Made by a program: the position numbers and the translations under genes. Source: Akkermansia muciniphila (GTDB taxonomy: Bacteria; Verrucomicrobiota; Verrucomicrobiia; Verrucomicrobiales; V1-33). Taken from it: 64,000 nucleotides of DNA. Below, one piece after another: positions 1 to 9,041 of this stretch (position 1 is its first letter; each line of letters begins with the position of its first letter). Location of the stretch: the NCBI GenBank assembly GCA_945900785.1, contig CAMDJM010000016.1, positions 2,627 through 66,626 of the forward strand, given 5' to 3'. The notes beneath the pieces were generated by a model. It worked only from the letters and a program-made list of their open reading frames with translations. It was not told the DNA's origin and made no database searches.

Positions 1-388
1 CAGCTCCACCGGCCGCTCCGGCTCCACCGCCTTTTTTCATGAGCATGCCGATGATGATCGGGGCCAGCATGGGGATCAGCTTGCTGGCTGAGGCCCCGGA
101 AATGCCCAACTGATTCGCCATCAGGGCGGAGGCTTCCTTGCCTTTGCCGCCGAGCAGGCCGCCGACTTCCTCGTCGTCCGGGACGCCGTTGTTATTCAAA
201 TCGGTAATTTGGGATTCCACATGCCCGGGGCCATGCTGGTCCATCTGACGCTTCAATCCTGCAAGGATGATGGGTGCCACGGTAGGCAGAGCCAGGGCGG
301 CTTTGTCTGCGGGGATGCCGAGTTCAGCCGTGACGCGTTCCTGCACATCAGCGCCGTGTTCCTTGTAGAGATCATCAAGAAAGCCCAT
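1..388 (-). CDS. DUF937-like protein (3' end runs off the window)
   Basis: Reverse-complement reading from ATG (cat at 386-388) gives MGFLDDLYKEHGADVQERVTAELGIPADKAALALPTVAPIILAGLKRQM...GISGASASKLIPMLAPIIIGMLMKKGG. This resembles YidB/DUF937-type proteins. It is open to the window edge and is not in the ORF track because there is no stop. Confidence 0.45.
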   Translation of the reverse strand, partial: MGFLDDLYKEHGADVQERVTAELGIPADKAALALPTVAPIILAGLKRQMDQHGPGHVESQITDLNNNGVPDDEEVGGLLGGKGKEASALMANQLGISGASASKLIPMLAPIIIGMLMKKGGGAGAAGGA

Positions 389-553
389 AGTAGTATATTG
401 TGGTGGGGATGGAGTTGGGTAGGATGCGCCGGCAGGGAAGCCTCCGGCACCTCTGGCAGCATAGCGCTGGTCCGGAACTGCGCCAGATTTTTTCTTCCTG
501 GGAAGCGGAACACTTCCCGTTGGCATCGCCCCGGGGCCGTTTACCATAGCCGC

Positions 554-1174
554 ATGATCACCTTTCTCCGCGGTATCCTTACTGAAAGTTTGCCTGACCG
601 CCTCACGGTCGATGTGCAGGGCATTGGCTATGAAGTCTTTGTGCCCGTGAGCACCTATGACCGCATGCCGGCCGAGGGGCAGGAGGTAAAAGTCCTCACG
701 CATTTTCTCGTCCGTGAGGATGCCCAGATGCTCTACGGCTTTGCCACGGATGAAGAGCGGGATCTCTTCCGCCTGCTCATCACCCGCGTCACCGGCGTCG
801 GCCCAAAGATGGGTCTGGCTATCCTCACCGGCATGGTCGTCCGCGATTTCAAACGCCACGTGGTGAACAGCGACGTCACGGCTCTGTCCAAAATCAGCGG
901 CGTCGGCAAAAAGACCGCTGAGCGCATTATCTTTGAATTGAAGGACAAAGTCGGCGTTACCGATGCCTGGAAGGATTCCGGCGACAGCCCCGCCGCCAAA
1001 GCCGCTCAATCCCCCGAGCAGGCCGCCCTCAACGACGCGGTGCTGGCCCTCATCAACCTGGGCTATAAACAGGTCGAGGCCCAAAAAGCAGTTAAAAAAC
1101 TGCTGGAGGAAGGCGCCGCCGCCGACACCAGCGGTCTCGTGCGCGGGGCTCTGCGGCTGCTGAGCCAGTCGTGA
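554..1174 (+). CDS. ruvA: Holliday junction branch migration complex subunit RuvA
   Basis: ORF 209..1174 trimmed to ATG 554. MITFLRGIL...VDVQGIGYEVFV...HFLVREDAQMLYGF...ERDLFRLLI.V.GVGPKMGLAIL...ISGVGKKTAERII.ELKDK plus a C-terminal domain III (ALINLGYKQVEAQKAV). Confidence 0.95.
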   Translation: MITFLRGILTESLPDRLTVDVQGIGYEVFVPVSTYDRMPAEGQEVKVLTHFLVREDAQMLYGFATDEERDLFRLLITRVTGVGPKMGLAILTGMVVRDFKRHVVNSDVTALSKISGVGKKTAERIIFELKDKVGVTDAWKDSGDSPAAKAAQSPEQAALNDAVLALINLGYKQVEAQKAVKKLLEEGAAADTSGLVRGALRLLSQS

Positions 1175-1182
1175 TTTGCGCC

Positions 1183-2445
1183 TCACTTGGCCGCGGGTGC
1201 CGCGGGGGTCGTCAGTTTCAGTTGGGTTTCCATGATCCGGATGAACGCTGCGGTATCCTGCGCCAGGCCGTGCATGACGCCAGAGGTGGGCAGGAGCAGC
1301 TTGGGCATGACGATGCTTTGGGTGGTCAGGCGGCGGTAGGCGGTGACGTTTTCTGACAACAACTGGGTCACGGAGGGATCGCTCAGGGCGGCCACCACCG
1401 CCGCCTCTCCCGCCACGGCGGCGGCTTGGCGGCGGGCCCCGGCGAGACGCTCTGGGGTCGCTGGCAGGGGCAGGGCGATCAGATAGTCGTGATATTCCGG
1501 AAAGGCGGCCGGCTTGGCCTTCCAAACGGCGAGGGCGAGCTTTGCCAGTTCACAGGCACCTGTGTGGTCCTGGATCTGCGGCTTCAGGTCAGGATTGCAG
1601 GCCCGGTTCAACGGGGAGGGCAGGGCGATGATGCCGAAGGTGCCGGGCCACTTTTTCTGCAATTCCTTCAAATCCCCCGCGAGCGTCCGGCAGGAGTTGC
1701 AGGTGTAGTCGAAAAATTCCAACAGAATAATCCGCGCCTCTGGCGAACCAGTCATCGGCACCCGGTTCGTGTGATAGACCAGTTGCCCATCCAGAAACCG
1801 GACCTCCCGCGGCATGGCGCTTGCCGCCGCTGCAGGCTCAGGCACGACGGCACTGCCGCCGGTGAGCAGCCAGGTTTGTGGCCGGGGACCCCAGATTTGG
1901 CCAGCTCCCAGCAGGACCAGGGCTCCCGCCCCAATCAGTCCGGGCCGCCACAGTGCCGCCTTGCCCAAGGTTCCCACTGTCTCCGCCAGCAGCAGACCCG
2001 CCACCGCAAGCCCTGTGAAATGCAAGCCCAGACACCACGGACAATGCCGCCGCTCCACCGCATAAAGCACCGTGAGAAAATACAGCGCCGCACCCGCCAG
2101 CACCACGCCTGCCAAAGTCAGCGCCGCATCCCGCCCGCCCCAGCGCCGCAGTGGCCCCAGGGTCAAAATGAGGAGCCCCGCATAACACAAAGCCGCCAGC
2201 AAAGTCACGGGCAGATGAAACCACTCCGACCACCGGCCGCCCATCACCTGGGAGCATCCGCCCTCCCCGCCGCAGCCGGCCAGGCTGGTGATTTCCCCGG
2301 ACCACTTCCGGCTCAACAACCACAAACAAACCACGAGGGCAGCTCCGCCGAGGATGCGGACGCTCCAGCAGGTCCGTGGCTTTGATAGCAGTCGGAAATT
2401 CATCCCGCCATGCTTAACTTCTCCCGCGCTTCTGTCCAGCCTCAT
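1183..2445 (-). CDS. Vitamin K epoxide reductase (VKOR) domain fused to a DsbA-like thioredoxin domain
   Basis: N-terminal multi-TM region with CGGEGGC and CPWC cysteine pairs typical of VKOR. The C-terminal part has LLEFFDYTCNSC (CxxC thioredoxin fold). The start is alternatively MNFRLL at 2403. Confidence 0.75.
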   Translation of the reverse strand: MRLDRSAGEVKHGGMNFRLLSKPRTCWSVRILGGAALVVCLWLLSRKWSGEITSLAGCGGEGGCSQVMGGRWSEWFHLPVTLLAALCYAGLLILTLGPLRRWGGRDAALTLAGVVLAGAALYFLTVLYAVERRHCPWCLGLHFTGLAVAGLLLAETVGTLGKAALWRPGLIGAGALVLLGAGQIWGPRPQTWLLTGGSAVVPEPAAAASAMPREVRFLDGQLVYHTNRVPMTGSPEARIILLEFFDYTCNSCRTLAGDLKELQKKWPGTFGIIALPSPLNRACNPDLKPQIQDHTGACELAKLALAVWKAKPAAFPEYHDYLIALPLPATPERLAGARRQAAAVAGEAAVVAALSDPSVTQLLSENVTAYRRLTTQSIVMPKLLLPTSGVMHGLAQDTAAFIRIMETQLKLTTPAAPAAK

Positions 2446-2678
2446 CTGCGGCCGGAGTTCAGCGCGAGCGCAGCGTCCTCAGCGTCTGAATGGAGCCCGT
2501 GGCCGCCCACGGCCGGTGCCCGCCGGGAAGCAACGCTGCTGCTGAAGTTCAATTGAATCGTGCCACGGGGAACGGGTTGGGGCGGGCGGGGCTGGGCGGC
2601 TGGCGGAATTTGTCCCTTGGCGTCGGGAGCCTGGCGTGGCATGGGTCGTGCAATCGTTTCCCCGACTTTGCCAACCCT

Positions 2679-3332
2679 ATGAACTTCCACCGCCGGTTTC
2701 TTCTTTGTCAGATTTTTCCTGCCATCGCGTCTGTGCTCATGGGGTCAGCCTTGCAGGGTGCTGAACCAGCGGGGAAGACGATGCTGTTTTTCGGTGACAG
2801 CCTGACAGCGGGGTATGGCTTGGAGGATCCGGCAGCGGAGGCCTGGCCTTCCCTGATTGGCGCAAAATTAAAAGAAACCGCCCCGGAGTGGAAGGTGGTC
2901 AATGCCGGTCTGAGCGGGGAGACGACTTCGGCGGGACTGCGGCGGGTGGATTGGGTGTTGCGGCGGCCGGCCGACGTTTTTGTGCTGGCGCTGGGGGGCA
3001 ATGATGGGCTGCGCGGGATCGGGGCGGCCCTGACCAAGTCGAATTTGGAGGCGATCATGGCAAAAGTGCGGGTGAAATGCCCACAGGCAGTGATTGTGTT
3101 GGCAGGGATGAAGATGCCGGTGAGTATGGGGGACTATGCCAGGGATTTTGAAGCCGTTTTTGCCCAAATCGCAGCGGCGGATCTCAAGTTGGTTTCCATC
3201 CCCTTTCTTTTGGAAGGCGTGGGCGGGGTGGCGGCGCTGAATCAGCCAGATGCCATCCATCCAAACATGGAGGGGCACCGCAAGGTGGCGGAACATGTAT
3301 GGAAAACGCTGGGGCCGCTCATCAGGAAGTGA
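2679..3332 (+). CDS. SGNH/GDSL hydrolase (TesA-like arylesterase / lysophospholipase L1)
   Basis: ORF 2490..3332 trimmed to ATG 2679. Signal peptide, then blocks FFGDSLTAGYG, NAGLSGETT, LGGNDGLRG and DAIHPN (the SGNH catalytic blocks). Confidence 0.85.
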   Translation: MNFHRRFLLCQIFPAIASVLMGSALQGAEPAGKTMLFFGDSLTAGYGLEDPAAEAWPSLIGAKLKETAPEWKVVNAGLSGETTSAGLRRVDWVLRRPADVFVLALGGNDGLRGIGAALTKSNLEAIMAKVRVKCPQAVIVLAGMKMPVSMGDYARDFEAVFAQIAAADLKLVSIPFLLEGVGGVAALNQPDAIHPNMEGHRKVAEHVWKTLGPLIRK

Positions 3333-3351
3333 GGAGAGGCCGCCGGGAACT

Positions 3352-4365
3352 TCAGGCATGGATGGGCTTGGCCCGGGTCAGGAGGCGTGCCATCCAGCCG
3401 GGTTTCCCCTGATTATTTTTCCGTTTCCACGGGAAAATCACCGTGCCCAGCCAGGAGAGGAAGAGATCCGAGGTGAAACCGATGATGCCGATCATGCCGA
3501 TGGCGGCATAAACGTTGTCGAAGTTCCGGTAACGGGCCTGCTGGTTGATGAAAAAGGTGATCCCTGACATGGTGCCGATGACTTCCGCCACAATGAGATA
3601 GGTCCAGGCCCAGCCGAGGAGGATGCGCATGTCATTATAGATGTCCGGCAGCGCCGCCGGGATGATGACTTTGGTGATAATTTTCCGCTGCGGGGCACCC
3701 AGGGTTTGGGCGGCTTCCACCAGAGAGGGATCGACTTTCCGCACCGTATTCGAGATGACCAGCACCTGCTGGAAGAAGGTGCCGATCACGATGATGGCGA
3801 TCTTCGGGGCGTCATTGATGCCGAGCACCGCCACCCAAAGGGCACCAAAGGCGGGGGCTGGCAGGTAGCGGAAGAACTCGATAAAGGGCTCAAAAAGCCG
3901 TGAGAAAAAACGATAGGCCCCGCAGAGGATGCCCAGCGGAAGCCCGATGAGGGAAGAGAGGACAAAGCCCCAAAAGATGGTCTGAATGGAACGCCACAGG
4001 CTTTCGTGCAGCCAGGGCTCATTCGGCAGGCGCGGGGGAGTGGTGAAGCCGGTGTAAAAGGCCCGGGCGACTTCGTGCGGGGCAGGGAGGTAGACGGGAT
4101 TGACCCGGTGTCCGGCCCCTGGGGCGATGCCATCCTTCATGGCCTGCGCATTGGCCTCCTCGAAATCCTGCACCGGCAGTTCCATGCCTTCCGAAAAAGA
4201 CTCCACTTCCCCGGCATCGGTGATATGAATCTGCGGATGCCAGAGCCATGGAACATAAGCGACCATGGCCCACAACGCCAGTGGCAGCAGAAACGAGAGC
4301 ACAGTCAACACCAGCCGCTTCCGGGTTGGGAGTTCGTGTTTGAGGCCCAGGCTATCCTTGCGCAT
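3352..4365 (-). CDS. ABC transporter permease (nitrate/sulfonate/taurine NitT/TauT-type)
   Basis: Six-TM profile with the EAA-like loop VDPSLVEAAQTLGAPQRKIITKVIIPAALPDIYNDMRILLGWAWTYLIVAEVIG. No ATPase or binding-protein gene is adjacent. Confidence 0.8.
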   Translation of the reverse strand: MRKDSLGLKHELPTRKRLVLTVLSFLLPLALWAMVAYVPWLWHPQIHITDAGEVESFSEGMELPVQDFEEANAQAMKDGIAPGAGHRVNPVYLPAPHEVARAFYTGFTTPPRLPNEPWLHESLWRSIQTIFWGFVLSSLIGLPLGILCGAYRFFSRLFEPFIEFFRYLPAPAFGALWVAVLGINDAPKIAIIVIGTFFQQVLVISNTVRKVDPSLVEAAQTLGAPQRKIITKVIIPAALPDIYNDMRILLGWAWTYLIVAEVIGTMSGITFFINQQARYRNFDNVYAAIGMIGIIGFTSDLFLSWLGTVIFPWKRKNNQGKPGWMARLLTRAKPIHA

Positions 4366-4543
4366 ATTGAAAATAGGGGACCTCAGTCCGTGGTTGAATT
4401 ATGAGCATCCCTCATGCCATATGCCTTGGCGGACTGAGGGGGATGGAAATGGTCATACCTGCCTGAGGGTGCCCGCGGGAATGTGGCTTAAAAAATCTGC
4501 TGAAGATTTGAATACACCCGGGGCGCGATCCGTCTACAGGCTC

Positions 4544-4855
4544 ATGAACGCTACATTCTGCCGTATTGTTTTGGCCGGGCTGGTTTCCTGTTCCGGAGTG
4601 AGTTGCACGACTGCCTATGATGCCTACGGACGTCCCCAGCAGGTGGTGGATCCTGCGGCTGCGGTGCTGGGAGCGGTTGCCGTAGGGGCCTTGGCCTATG
4701 GTCTGGCGAACAGTGATGACCATGATCACCGCCACTACCGGAGCCGGTATGACCGCAGCTATGACCACGGGTATTACCGCCCCAGCCGCTACTATGATCC
4801 AGGCTGCCGTCCCAACTACCGCTCCTACGGGTATTCGCGGCACGGGTATTATTGA
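4544..4855 (+). CDS. Small lipoprotein with a Tyr/Arg/His-rich low-complexity tail
   Basis: ORF 4265..4855 trimmed to ATG 4544. MNATFCRIVLAGLVSCSG is a lipobox-like signal. The C-terminus is DDHDHRHYRSRYDRSYDHGYYRPSRYYDPGCRPNYRSYGYSRHGYY. Confidence 0.4.
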   Translation: MNATFCRIVLAGLVSCSGVSCTTAYDAYGRPQQVVDPAAAVLGAVAVGALAYGLANSDDHDHRHYRSRYDRSYDHGYYRPSRYYDPGCRPNYRSYGYSRHGYY

Positions 4856-4888
4856 TGAGGCCATCCTGCCCTCACGTGGTGGGGATAA

Positions 4889-5173
4889 ATGGCGGTTTCC
4901 TTCTACGGGCAGTCCAGCGTAAATGGGAATATGACGAATGGCTCTCCAGACGCAGGGGAAAAGCACGACCGCCCGGATTGCCCGTCCTGTGGCGGCGCGT
5001 TTCTTTGCATGGCCAACCGGGCAGGGCACTGCCCCTGCACGCAAGTGTCCCTGACGAGGGATGAGATGCAGTCCCTGACGTGGCTGTGGGGCGAAAGTTG
5101 CCTCTGCCCGGAATGTCTGCTGCAGGAACGGGATCGGTTGCGGGATGTGGCTGTGGCTGTGGCTCCGGAGTAG
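4889..5173 (+). CDS. Cysteine-rich CWC-family-like small protein
   Basis: CPSCGGAFLC...GHCPC...ESCLCPECL cysteine pattern resembles the Cys_rich_CWC family. The start is possibly MTNGS at 4931. Confidence 0.45.
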   Translation: MAVSFYGQSSVNGNMTNGSPDAGEKHDRPDCPSCGGAFLCMANRAGHCPCTQVSLTRDEMQSLTWLWGESCLCPECLLQERDRLRDVAVAVAPE

Positions 5174-5216
5174 GCTGGGCGGAATGCGGTGGAGCAGGAT
5201 GGTGGGGAGTGGTGAA

Positions 5217-5320
5217 GATTAGTTCTACTTTGTTAAGTTCCCCGTGGCGCAGGCTTCCAGCCTGTGCGGCCAGCGGGCTTCCAGCCCGCTGATTCCCCAA
5301 CTTAACAAAGTAAAATTAGT
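5217..5320 (+). repeat. MITE-like double-hairpin repeat, copy 1 of 4
   Basis: TACTTTGTTAAGTT...AACTTAACAAAGTA termini enclose two 8-bp hairpins (GCGCAGGC-TTCCA-GCCTGTGC and CAGCGGGC-TTCCA-GCCCGCTG). Near-identical copies lie at 38908, 42376 and 59867. Confidence 0.9.
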
Positions 5321-5575
5321 CAGGGATCCCAAGATTTTTCCCAAAGAGGAAGTTGGGAGTTGGAGGTTGAGAGTTAATGGATTCATTATCAGTAGGTTGC
5401 GTGATTTCTGCCACTCATCCTCAGGAGGTGTGCTTGGTGACACAAGGCCTTGAGATACTTGCCCTCAACCCTCATCCAGCAACTCTAAACTTGCTTACAG
5501 GGTTTATTGACCATTGCCCCCCTGACACCTCACTGCCCTCGCTTGAGATCCCAGCATGCGGGAAGCAGCAGCTGG

Positions 5576-6286
5576 CTATGGGTTTTGTCCGCGCAGCTCA
5601 CTGATTTTGCGGTTCAATCCGGCGATTTTGGTCCGCTCTGCGCCCAGCTTGGCGGTGACGGTCTCGCGCAGGGAGGCGACCCCGGATTCAGTCAGGATTT
5701 CCGGGATTTGGAATGGCTCATCCCCGGCAGTGCGGTAGCGGGCAATGGCGGTTTCCAGGTCGATGATGATGGTTTCATCCCGTTGCAGGGCGGCTTCCAG
5801 GCGTCCGGCGATATCCTTCCCGGTGGCAGCGGCTTGGGTCCGGGTGATCCTGGCCTGGCGGGCTTCCAGAAGTTGCACCAGCACTTCCCGCTCGATGCGG
5901 AAGTAACCCCGTTCCAGAAAATGCTGCAGGTAGCAGAGCTGGGCGGGAGCGAGGTTGGCTGGATCCATGTTCAGGAAATCATCAAAATGGTTCTCCACGT
6001 GGATCTGTTGCAGGCCAGCCAGCTCTTTCCTCAGGCTGGACAGTTGTTCGCGCACGGAAGTGGAAGCCTCCAGCCAACGGTGCACCTCCGGGGCAGGTGT
6101 GGGATTCCGGCGCGCCTCCACCGGTGGGGCCACATAGTTCACCCCGCCGCTGGGTCCGGCTTTCTCTTCCACCGGCCCGCAGCCCGCCAGCGCTATTGTC
6201 AAACTGGCGATGCCGCCCCAGCACCAGGCCCTGGTGCCGGATATCAGGCTTTTGCTGGAGCGGCAAGACTTGATGGAAGCGGGCAT
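5576..6286 (-). CDS. Hypothetical lipoprotein (coiled-coil rich)
   Basis: ORF 5576..6328. The MPASIK start at 6286 avoids overlap with the upstream gene. LTIALAGCG lipobox. No recognisable domain. Confidence 0.5.
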   Translation of the reverse strand: MPASIKSCRSSKSLISGTRAWCWGGIASLTIALAGCGPVEEKAGPSGGVNYVAPPVEARRNPTPAPEVHRWLEASTSVREQLSSLRKELAGLQQIHVENHFDDFLNMDPANLAPAQLCYLQHFLERGYFRIEREVLVQLLEARQARITRTQAAATGKDIAGRLEAALQRDETIIIDLETAIARYRTAGDEPFQIPEILTESGVASLRETVTAKLGAERTKIAGLNRKISELRGQNP

Positions 6287-6305
6287 GGAGGGGTTCAGGC
6301 AGGGA

Positions 6306-7730
6306 TCATGGGGAAGCCCGCAGATCATAGCAGATCAGACGGGGAGCCTTGTCCGTGACTTTGTCAGGCTCATTTTGCATCACATAGAGCAGGCCGTGGC
6401 TGAGGGCCGGGAGCGTCCAGGAATGCTCGGCGGTGAATAATTGCGCTGTGCTCAGGCGCTTCGCCCCGGCGGGGGAAAGGTCCAGCCAGCAGAGGCTGCC
6501 CCACTCACCGAGGCACAGGAACTGGGATCCTACCTTCAGGAGGCTGCCGCGGTAGAGACTCATGGGCAGGGTGGCTCCGTTTTTCCCCGGTGCCTCCCAT
6601 TCCATCTTTTCATGCCAGAGCCGGCGGCCGGTGGTGGCGTCCTGACAGATCAGTTCACAGGAGCGCTCCTTTTCGCCGGAGAAGGCGTAGAGGTGTCCTT
6701 CATGGTATACGGGCGTCATCCAGTGGCAGCCGAAGGCGGGGTCGTTCCAGAGCGCGGATAATTTCCCCTCCGCATCCGTCTGCAGCATCACGCTGCCATT
6801 TTGATCATGACCGCGGTCCACATAGGCATGGGAAATGAACACCCGGTTTTCCCCGCAAAGCACGGGAGAGGCGGCGTTGACGCTGGGATAGCGCTGGGCC
6901 CGCCAGGGGAAGCTGCTTTCCATTTTTCCCGTGGCAGGATCCACCACGACGAGGCCACCGGTGGAAGGCTGGCTTTTCCCGCCGGTGAAAAATAGCACCC
7001 GGTCCGTGCCATGCCATTTTGCCGGCACCGGGGAGGAATAACTTTGCCCCCAGGGATGCTGCACGATCCATTTTTCGGCTCCGGTATTTTTATCAAAGCC
7101 AATCACACACTGACCATTCCCGCCGCCCACATTCACCAGCACTACCTCCCCCTGCACCAGAGGGCTGGAGCCGGAACCGAAGAAATACTTCTGCACCTCA
7201 TATTTCGTCTGGCAATCCACCTCCCAGATCAGTTTGCCGCTGGCCAGATCCACGCATTTCAGCCAGCTGGTGATCCCGAAGCTGTAGACCTTTCCCCCGC
7301 TGATCACTGGACCGGCCCGCGGGCCTTCCCCATAGCCGAAGTCATCGGTATATTCCGCCGGGTAGGCATAACGCCAGAAGCGCTTCCCCGTCCCCGCTTC
7401 CAGGCAATCCAGGGTTTCCAGGCCCTTCACCCGGTGAAACAGCACCAGCCGGTCCCCTGTGATCGCGGGGCAGGCATAGCCCTCACCTTTTTCCGCTTCC
7501 CAGACCACCGGTGGTCCGGACTCCGGGAAATCCTGCCGGATCCCGGTTTCGCCGGAAACCGGTGCCTCATGCACCCCGTGGAACCGGGGCCAATCTTCAG
7601 ACTTCAAATCCGCCGCGCGCGCCCGGGGTGCGGCGTGAAAGGTCAACCCATCCCACGCCGCTGCTTCGTCTGCCGCAGCGCGTTCCACCATCGATCCAAC
7701 CAAAAGACCCATCAGGAGAAAATGTCGCAT
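6306..7730 (-). CDS. PQQ-like beta-propeller repeat protein (BamB-like fold)
   Basis: Signal peptide and repeated motifs of the type G.V..G...G.L.CLD..TGK..W (LDCLEAGTGKRFW, LKCVDLASGKLIWE, GFDKNTGAEKW, VVVDPATGK, LICQDATTGRRLW). Confidence 0.8.
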   Translation of the reverse strand: MRHFLLMGLLVGSMVERAAADEAAAWDGLTFHAAPRARAADLKSEDWPRFHGVHEAPVSGETGIRQDFPESGPPVVWEAEKGEGYACPAITGDRLVLFHRVKGLETLDCLEAGTGKRFWRYAYPAEYTDDFGYGEGPRAGPVISGGKVYSFGITSWLKCVDLASGKLIWEVDCQTKYEVQKYFFGSGSSPLVQGEVVLVNVGGGNGQCVIGFDKNTGAEKWIVQHPWGQSYSSPVPAKWHGTDRVLFFTGGKSQPSTGGLVVVDPATGKMESSFPWRAQRYPSVNAASPVLCGENRVFISHAYVDRGHDQNGSVMLQTDAEGKLSALWNDPAFGCHWMTPVYHEGHLYAFSGEKERSCELICQDATTGRRLWHEKMEWEAPGKNGATLPMSLYRGSLLKVGSQFLCLGEWGSLCWLDLSPAGAKRLSTAQLFTAEHSWTLPALSHGLLYVMQNEPDKVTDKAPRLICYDLRASP

Positions 7731-7937
7731 GATCCGCCTCTACCACAGCCCGCTGCCGGGCGGAAAGCCGGAAAATCAAAGAATCGCTACCCGGTCCGCT
7801 TGGATCGCCTGGATCAAGCCTTCCGCCGGGAAAATAATGCAGCTGATCCTTTAAAAAATCCCTTGCCGTCGCCGAAGGAGCCGTTTATAGCAGTTGCCCG
7901 CCCGTTCCCTGGAATTACCAGCAGCAGGGCAGGTTTA

Positions 7938-8010
7938 GGCCCGATAGCTCAGTTGGTAGAGCAGTGGATTGAAGATCCTCGTGTCGGCGGTTCAAATCCG
8001 TCTCGGGCCA
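7938..8010 (+). tRNA. tRNA-Phe (anticodon GAA)
   Basis: GGCCCGATAGCTCAGTTGGTAGAGCAGTGGATTGAAGATCCTCGTGTCGGCGGTTCAAATCCGTCTCGGGCCA. Cloverleaf with 7-bp acceptor stem, D-arm GCTC/GAGC, anticodon loop TTGAAGA and T-arm GGCGG/CCGTC with a TTCAAAT loop. Close to E. coli tRNA-Phe. CCA is not encoded. Confidence 0.9.
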
Positions 8011-8088
8011 CCTCCTTGATTTTCAGTAAGTTACAATGGGAAATTAGAGGTTTATGCTAAAATGGCAACACTTATTGGCAACACTATT

Positions 8089-9024
8089 TCAAACTTTTCC
8101 TGCCAAGTAGGCCAGCAGGCTCTCCAACAAAACAAGCCGCACCCCCTTCTGGGCACCGGCCTTGCGGAGGCTCTTGCTGGCCACCGGCGGATTGAAATGG
8201 TTGCGTTCGTTTGGGAGAATCAGCTCGTTCAGCTTGGCCCGGCTCAGGCCCGTGATGGGGCATTTCTCTCCGGGCTTGGGTAGCCGGACATAGACCGGGC
8301 CACTCCCTGAATCGCCCAATGAGGGTTGGTTTGTCGGAGAGTTGGTTTGTTGGGGTTGGGTGGCGTCTTTAGAGGAGGAATCCGATAAAAGGTAGGCGAC
8401 CTCGACCTCGCCGTCCCCGAGGGTGATCTGTTCGACGAAGGTGGTCAGAATCTGCCGCTGCCGTTTTGTTGGCCACGCCGACCACTGCTTTTTCCACTCG
8501 GCGAGGGTCAGGGCATCGTTACCACTGCTGTTGCCACTTCCCTTTTTCCGGAGGGCCAGCACCTTGGCTTCCACCTGGCGCACTTCCTTTTCCACGGGAG
8601 GGTGCAGTTCCTCAAACCGCTTCCGGTTGATGGATCCCCTTGCCAGCATTCCCTCCACCCCATCCCGGCGGCTGCGGGCTTCCTGCAGGGCGATCTGCAG
8701 CCCGGCCAGTTCCGCTTGGGATTCCCGGTGCTCGGACGACGCACTCATGGCCGGAGCAAGGTTGGGATGGATGGCGATCAGATCGAAAAAGTCCTCCACT
8801 AAAATCGATTCAAGATCCCCCGCCGGGATTTTCGCGTGGCACCCGGGGCAATCCAGTTTGGCCCCTTCCGGGAGCACTTTCATTTTTTGCCCGCAGTGGC
8901 ACCACACCATCCCCGTGAACAGATGAACGCTTTTCTCCTTTTCCGGGGCTTTGGATTTTTCCAAAAGGATCGCTTGGGCTTTTTCCCGGACCGCCATCGA
9001 TGGGAGACCGAATTTAACAACCAA
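8089..9024 (-). pseudogene. Large serine recombinase, 5'-truncated (zinc-ribbon + coiled-coil only) with an HTH-like C-terminal tail
   Basis: HLFTGMVWCHCGQKMKV...LDCPGCHAKIP is the recombinase zinc beta-ribbon, followed by a coiled coil. There is no resolvase catalytic domain, and TGA TGA lies directly upstream of the TTG start. The tail VYVRLPKPGEKCPITGLSRAKLNELI...VRLVLLESLLAYL looks like an excisionase/AlpA-type HTH. Confidence 0.55.
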
Positions 9025-9041
9025 TCATCAAACCCTCAATT

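Noticed and set aside
8014-8088. Search for an att-type direct repeat of the tRNA-Phe 3' end at the far island border (about 20.2-20.6 kb, and 24.2-24.8 kb).
   Set aside because: I could not find a convincing copy of TTCAAATCCGTCTCGGGCCA by eye, so the island borders stay approximate. This needs a computed repeat search.
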